Shown: piece after piece, positions 44,054 through 48,196 of the stretch
Layout of the letters: each line of letters begins with the position of its first letter
How positions within the stretch are numbered: the stretch's first letter is position 1
NCBI GenBank assembly: GCA_964351995.1
Contig: CAYGQE010000001.1
Location: 1 to 48,196, forward strand
Direction of reading: 5' to 3'
Length of the DNA stretch: 48,196 nt
DNA from: an uncultured Acidimicrobiaceae bacterium
GTDB lineage: Bacteria; Actinomycetota; Acidimicrobiia; Acidimicrobiales; SZUA-35
Notes under the pieces: generated by a model
Seen by the model: only the letters and a program-made list of their open reading frames with translations
Told to the model about the DNA's origin: nothing
The model's database searches: none
Translations under genes and position numbers: made by a program

Positions 44054-45204
44054 TGGACCTTCGGCATGACTTCTTCAGCAAAGCGAGTGAGCTGCTCGGC
44101 GGTCTGAGAATACTTGTCGCCTGGCATGTTCGGGAAGATGATCAGGTTGTCGAGCCCACCGAGGAAATCCTTGTAGAACTCGATGCCCTCGATCACGTCA
44201 TCGGCGGTGCCGACGAGCCAGGTCTTGTTCTCCATCGATTCTTCGAGCGTCGGAATACGGCCGGCCACCGAAGGTTTCCCGTCCTCGCCCATGTAGCCAC
44301 GGCTCCAGCCGTAGGGGCCGAGGAACTTCCAGAACTCGTCGTGACCATTTCGTACTTCGGCCATGGCCTGTTCTTTGGTGTCAGCGATCCAGGGCGTCAA
44401 CACGAGGGTGCGCTTGGCACCGGCAGCGAGCGAGCCGCCGAAGGTCTCGTCATGGATCTCGGCGTAGCGGTCCCAGAATTGCTTGGCGAATGAGTAGTGC
44501 TTCAGCCAGAACACACCGCCCCAGCCCTTCTTGGGCACCGTTTCGAGCGTGGGTGGCGACGTGATGGCCTGCCAGGTCTCGTACGGATAGATCGGCTTCG
44601 GGATCAGCGTGAGGTGTTCGACGAAACCACCGCGGTCAGGAATGCCTGGGGGCGGAAACTCGAAGATGTCGCCCTTGAAGCTGAACGTCTCATTGTTGAG
44701 TGCGAGTTCGACGACCTGCATGGCTTCGTCGAACTGCTTGCGGTTGAGCGTGTCGGCGGCGGCCTGATCGGGGTTGTCGAAGCTGCCGATGTCTGTGCCG
44801 AGCGCCCGAGCTTCACGCGGGACCGTGCCGCGGCCGACGCCAAGGATGCCGCGCCCACCTGAGATGTTGTGGACCGTGGCGAAATCTTCGGCCAGCCGAA
44901 GCGGATGCCACTGACCAACGACGTTGAACATCGTGCCGATGCGGATGTTCTTGGTTCGTTCGGCCAGGATCGCGCCGAACATCAGACCGTTGGGGACGAC
45001 CTCGTACCCCTCATGCTGGAAGTGGTGCTCGGTCAGCCAGTAGCTGTCGTAGCCGAGGGTGTCGGAGAGCACGCCCATCTCGAGCATCTGTTCTGACGCC
45101 CGCCAGCACTCGGCGTTCGAATAGCGGCGGTCGGTGGGAGCGGGCATGCCAGCGCCCGCATCGTCCATCTCGACTCCACCAAAGAGGAAAGCACCAATCT
45201 TCAT
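44050..45204 (-). CDS. LLM-class (luciferase-like) flavin-dependent monooxygenase
   Basis: The bacterial-luciferase-like TIM-barrel family pattern is visible at the N-terminus (MKIGAFLFGG..., SYWLTEHHF) and the length is 384 aa. Confidence 0.8.
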   Translation of the reverse strand: MKIGAFLFGGVEMDDAGAGMPAPTDRRYSNAECWRASEQMLEMGVLSDTLGYDSYWLTEHHFQHEGYEVVPNGLMFGAILAERTKNIRIGTMFNVVGQWHPLRLAEDFATVHNISGGRGILGVGRGTVPREARALGTDIGSFDNPDQAAADTLNRKQFDEAMQVVELALNNETFSFKGDIFEFPPPGIPDRGGFVEHLTLIPKPIYPYETWQAITSPPTLETVPKKGWGGVFWLKHYSFAKQFWDRYAEIHDETFGGSLAAGAKRTLVLTPWIADTKEQAMAEVRNGHDEFWKFLGPYGWSRGYMGEDGKPSVAGRIPTLEESMENKTWLVGTADDVIEGIEFYKDFLGGLDNLIIFPNMPGDKYSQTAEQLTRFAEEVMPKVQ

Positions 45205-45266
45205 GACGACCGACGGTACCGGTGTGCCCCCTGGCGTGCCAGACCGGCCTAGGTGAACGCTGTATT

Positions 45267-45731
45267 TCAGGACTGCGGAGCGTCAGCCAGGTGAGCGAGC
45301 AGTGCGTACAGCGCCAAGGTGTAGGACTCTGCACCGAAGCCGCCGACGACGCCGAGACACACAGCGCTCAGCAGCGAGGTGTGGCGGAACTCTTCCCGGG
45401 CGTGCACGTTCGACAAGTGCGTCTCGACCACGGGGATCTCGATGGAACTGATGGCGTCCCGCAGCGCGACGCTGGTGTGGGTGTACGCACCCGGATTGAA
45501 CACCACGCCGTCGGCTTCGGTGCGAGCCTTTTGGAGCGCATCGATCAGCTCGCCCTCACTGTTGGACTGGTAGTGGCTGATCGCCGCACCTGCCTCACCA
45601 GCACGAGCAGCGAGACCGGTGATGATGTCGTCGAGCGTCATGCTCCCGTACACCTCGGGTTCACGGGTGCCGAGCAGGTTGAGGTTCGGCCCGTTGAGCA
45701 CGAGGATTCGGAGGCCTTCAGCGTTCGCCAT
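45267..45731 (-). CDS. aroQ: Type II 3-dehydroquinate dehydratase
   Basis: The protein is 154 aa and carries the [20 protein letters not shown] family signature. Confidence 0.9.
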   Translation of the reverse strand: MANAEGLRILVLNGPNLNLLGTREPEVYGSMTLDDIITGLAARAGEAGAAISHYQSNSEGELIDALQKARTEADGVVFNPGAYTHTSVALRDAISSIEIPVVETHLSNVHAREEFRHTSLLSAVCLGVVGGFGAESYTLALYALLAHLADAPQS

Positions 45732-45783
45732 CCGGCGAGCGTAGACACCAAGCAGCGCTGCGTCAGCGATCTACGCTGGAGCC

Positions 45784-46299
45784 ATGGCATCACTGGCGGG
45801 AAACGTCGTGCTCACCGGATTCATGGGCACGGGCAAGACCACCGTCGGTCGCGCTCTGGCCGAGCTGCTCGAATTCGAGTTCGTCGACACCGACCAACTG
45901 ATCGAGGCCGACCACGGACCGATTCCCGTGATCTTCGCCGAGCAGGGTGAAGACGCCTTCCGAGAGATCGAGGCCCAGGTGGCAACCGAGCTTGCTGAGC
46001 GAGCGGGTTTGGTCATCGCCACCGGCGGTCGGCTCATGCTCGACCCTGGAAATGCGACCGTACTCGGAGCATCCGGTCGCGTGTTCTGCCTTACCGCGCC
46101 GGTCGAGGTGATCCTCGACCGGGTGGTGGGCGACGGCACCGCCCATCGTCCGCTCCTGGACGGCGACGACCCCGCAGGCCGGATTCGAGTACTTCTGACC
46201 GAGCGAGAAGCGGCGTACACAGCCTTCGAAAGCGTCGAGACCGCCGACCGCTCCCCCGCAACCATTGCGGCCGATCTCCATCATCGTCTGATTACCTGA
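45784..46299 (+). CDS. aroK: Shikimate kinase
   Basis: The protein is 171 aa with the P-loop GFMGTGKTTVG, and the family-typical length and order of segments. Confidence 0.85.
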   Translation: MASLAGNVVLTGFMGTGKTTVGRALAELLEFEFVDTDQLIEADHGPIPVIFAEQGEDAFREIEAQVATELAERAGLVIATGGRLMLDPGNATVLGASGRVFCLTAPVEVILDRVVGDGTAHRPLLDGDDPAGRIRVLLTEREAAYTAFESVETADRSPATIAADLHHRLIT

Positions 46300-46359
46300 G
46301 CGTTAGGCAAGAATCTGCGTGTGCGGATCCCGCATTGCCCTCTACACTCACTCGCTCAA

Positions 46360-46433
46360 GCGCCCGTAGCTCAATTGGATAGAGCATCTGATTACGGATC
46401 AGAAGGTTTGGGGTTCGAGTCCCTACGGGCGCG
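46360..46433 (+). tRNA. tRNA-Arg (anticodon ACG)
   Basis: I folded the cloverleaf by hand. The acceptor is GCGCCCG/CGGGCGC with G73. The D-stem is GCTC/GAGC. The anticodon stem is TCTGA/TCAGA with loop TTACGGA, giving anticodon ACG. The T-loop is TTCGAGT. CCA is not encoded. Confidence 0.85.
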
Positions 46434-46440
46434 CTGAAGA

Positions 46441-46485
46441 AAGCCCAGGTGAGAAGGCCAGAGAGGCCATCCGCCTGGGCTTTTG
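46441..46485 (+). terminator. Intrinsic terminator after tRNA-Arg (AAGCCCAGG...CCTGGGCTT followed by TTTT)
   Basis: A 9-bp GC-rich stem with an internal sub-hairpin, immediately followed by a T-run. T-runs are rare in this genome. Confidence 0.5.
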
Positions 46486-46526
46486 CGTTCCCGCTGTAGC
46501 CATTGGAGTAGCCATTCGTGGGCGCT

Positions 46527-46709
46527 CTAGGTGCGGTAGTAGGCGCGTCGCACCGAATCAGGGGCATACCCGCAAGAGGCTCCGACCAAGTCGCAGGCGC
46601 TCACGACCGTTAATCCAGATTTCCGGTATTCATCGACAGAAGCCCGGATCTCGTCCAGGTTCATTCCGTGCCCGGGGGATCGTCCTCGCCGAGACGCGGC
46701 GGCGGTCAT
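46527..46709 (-). pseudogene. Possible remnant of a transposase/integrase N-terminal HTH region next to tRNA-Arg (speculative)
   Basis: A 60-aa ORF ends with ...GLTVVSACDLVGASCGYAPDSVRRAYYRT. It loosely resembles the HTH_21 region (ACRxLGVSRSGYY) of IS3-family OrfB. The local GC is slightly lower, and the position next to a tRNA is typical of integration sites. There is no catalytic domain. Confidence 0.2.
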
Positions 46710-46894
46710 TTCCTGGTGCGGACCAGCAACCCCATTGCTTCTTCGCGGCGGCTCCCTCGGCCCTCCGGCAACAGGTGTCCATCGCGGTCGTGCACAAGCG
46801 CGACTTCCCCCGCGGTCATGATTCCATGCCCTTCATGGCAGGGCGCGGATGAGATTCGGCGGCACAGACGCCCGACAGGCGCTTCGCGCCTCGA

Positions 46895-47332
46895 TCAGTT
46901 GTAGAAGACGCTCGCGACGCAGCCGACGACATCGGGTAGCGCCGAGCCATCGAGATCGCGAAAGTCGAGGATGTACATCTCGAACGGTTCTGTCTGGCCT
47001 GGTTCCAGAAAAACGGGAACGCTGCGGCTGCCCAAGATCGCCGCAGTCTCCCCGTCGAACGTCGTGACCTGGACTCGAAAGCCCCTTGCGCTGTCTCCTG
47101 CGTTGCTGATGGTCCCGGAAGCGAACGGCGTGACGTCCTCAACGCGACACACGTCAATGGAAACGCGATAGTCGTCGGGGTCAGCCGTACCCGTCCTCGA
47201 CTCGAGAGAACGGTTCACCGACGCCAGCGCGACGACGCAACCGCCCAAGAACAGGGCGAAGACGGCAGCAAGACCCCAGCCGAACCATCGACGTGACGGC
47301 CGCCCGGGAGTTGGAACCGCCTCGTCGGCCAT
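46895..47332 (-). CDS. Membrane-anchored / lipoprotein of unknown function (145 aa)
   Basis: An N-terminal hydrophobic segment with LFLGGC is followed by a soluble beta-rich domain. Confidence 0.5.
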   Translation of the reverse strand: MADEAVPTPGRPSRRWFGWGLAAVFALFLGGCVVALASVNRSLESRTGTADPDDYRVSIDVCRVEDVTPFASGTISNAGDSARGFRVQVTTFDGETAAILGSRSVPVFLEPGQTEPFEMYILDFRDLDGSALPDVVGCVASVFYN

Positions 47333-47380
47333 GCGAGTGACAGTAGTTCTGCCGCTCGGATGACGAACGAGGCGATGTTC

Positions 47381-48196
47381 CTAAGACTTGGGAGTGAATT
47401 CGAACTCGATGCGGCGGTTCTCCGCCCGACCGGCATCGGTGCTGTTGTCGCCGATTGGAGCGGTCTCACCAGCACCTCGGATCCGGAGGTTCTCGTCGGG
47501 CACACCCTGCAGCGCCAGGAGATCTCGCAGCGACGTTGCCCGACGCAGTGACAGCTCGAGGTTTTCGACATCGGAGCCCTGGCTGTCGGTGTGACCGACA
47601 ACGGTGAGGATCCAATCGTCGCGAGACAGAGCCAGCGCCGTGATGGCATTCAGCGTTGCCTCGTCGAGGTCCTTGACTTCCGAGCTGGCGACATCGAAGA
47701 AGACCGCATCGGCGATGACCACACGGCCAGAAGGCAGCGGCGCATCGGGGTCGACGGTGAGATTGTTCACGACCGGCGTGACCGCATCGATCCCGGCAAG
47801 CGACTCGAACATTTCGTCGGCCGTGGCCTGATCAGGCACCGCGCCTTCGAGGAACACCGTTCCGCCATCGAGCACGATGGAAGCTCCACCACCCTCGGCA
47901 TCCACTTGGGCCTCGAGCTCAGCACCGTCCTCGACCACGATGGTCTCGGAGAGCTGGCCACGAATGGTGAACTCTTCACTGACGTCGTGCAGCTCGGCAT
48001 AATGCCCGGACTTGTTGGCGAGGATGGCGTTGGTGTCGATCGGCAGGTTCTCGACGCACCCGACATCGCCGCTCTCGAGCGGCCCGAGATCGACCACGAT
48101 CCCGCCCTTCACGCCAGCGTCACCGACGTGAATGTGTGAGCGATACGGACCTTCGATGTTGGTCGACTCCACGCTGTAGCAGACCTCGCCCGTCAC
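47381..48196 (-). CDS. OmpA-family protein, partial; the N-terminus lies beyond the window end, and a CHRD-like region precedes the OmpA C-terminal domain
   Basis: The C-terminal OmpA-like peptidoglycan-binding pattern is present (HTDSQGS...NLELSLRRA...GAGETAP...NRRIEFEF). The ORF runs to the last base of the window, so it is likely truncated. Confidence 0.7.
   Translation of the reverse strand: MTGEVCYSVESTNIEGPYRSHIHVGDAGVKGGIVVDLGPLESGDVGCVENLPIDTNAILANKSGHYAELHDVSEEFTIRGQLSETIVVEDGAELEAQVDAEGGGASIVLDGGTVFLEGAVPDQATADEMFESLAGIDAVTPVVNNLTVDPDAPLPSGRVVIADAVFFDVASSEVKDLDEATLNAITALALSRDDWILTVVGHTDSQGSDVENLELSLRRATSLRDLLALQGVPDENLRIRGAGETAPIGDNSTDAGRAENRRIEFEFTPKS

Noticed and set aside
44036-44105. 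Apparent one-base frame inconsistency between the printed sequence and the ORF track around 44040-44101. It could look like a frameshift in the amidohydrolase and LLM genes.
   Set aside because: The discrepancy is an extra c at one printed line boundary (44040/44041) and a missing c at the next (44100/44101). That pattern points to a line-formatting shift. The ORF-track coordinates are self-consistent, so no pseudogene is called.
1-48196. CRISPR arrays, intact prophage or IS elements, rRNA genes.
   Set aside because: I found no direct-repeat/spacer periodicity, no integrase, transposase catalytic core or phage structural genes, and no rRNA-like conserved stretches anywhere in the window.

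Overview
This 48.2 kb window is high-GC (by eye about 65-70%) and densely coding on both strands. It looks like a chromosomal segment of an actinobacterium, possibly an Acidimicrobiia-like marine lineage; that lineage guess is inference. I can support about 50 protein genes, two tRNAs (Ser-GCU, Arg-ACG), several hairpin terminators and a small family of near-identical GC-rich palindromic repeats at gene ends. Most of the other six-frame ORFs are antisense or shadow ORFs typical of high-GC DNA, and I reject them. The main functional blocks, in order, are as follows. (1) A carotenoid-cleavage-type dioxygenase sits divergent from an acyl-CoA ligase. (2) An ECF sigma / anti-sigma pair has a recognisable ECF-type promoter, next to an AHL-lactonase-like MBL hydrolase. 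(3) A four-gene translationally coupled hydrolase operon encodes an alpha/beta hydrolase, a 73-aa protein, an isochorismatase-like cysteine hydrolase and an allophanate hydrolase. (4) An NfeD-like / flotillin (SPFH) pair is followed co-directionally by a giant 1686-aa protein with a C-terminal AAA+ ATPase domain. This is the most unusual module in the window. (5) A LysR-controlled cluster carries a PhnY-like Fe/2OG dioxygenase plus a PhnZ-family HD oxygenase (oxidative C-P cleavage type), two beta-hydroxyacid dehydrogenases and a cyclase-family hydrolase. (6) A fused alpha/beta-hydrolase::DSD1-like PLP enzyme lies next to a SulP permease. (7) A scavenging neighbourhood holds an SsuA/NMT1-type ABC transporter, an LLM flavin monooxygenase, an amidohydrolase, flavodoxin-like reductases and a creatininase-family protein, with a solo EgtD-like methyltransferase coupled to a histidine-phosphatase::GNAT fusion. 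(8) Housekeeping aroQ and aroK, the tRNAs, and an Rpf-like transglycosylase make up the rest. There are no CRISPR arrays and no intact mobile element, only a possible transposase remnant next to tRNA-Arg. All functional calls rest on motif and family recognition from the translated ORFs. I ran no database search.
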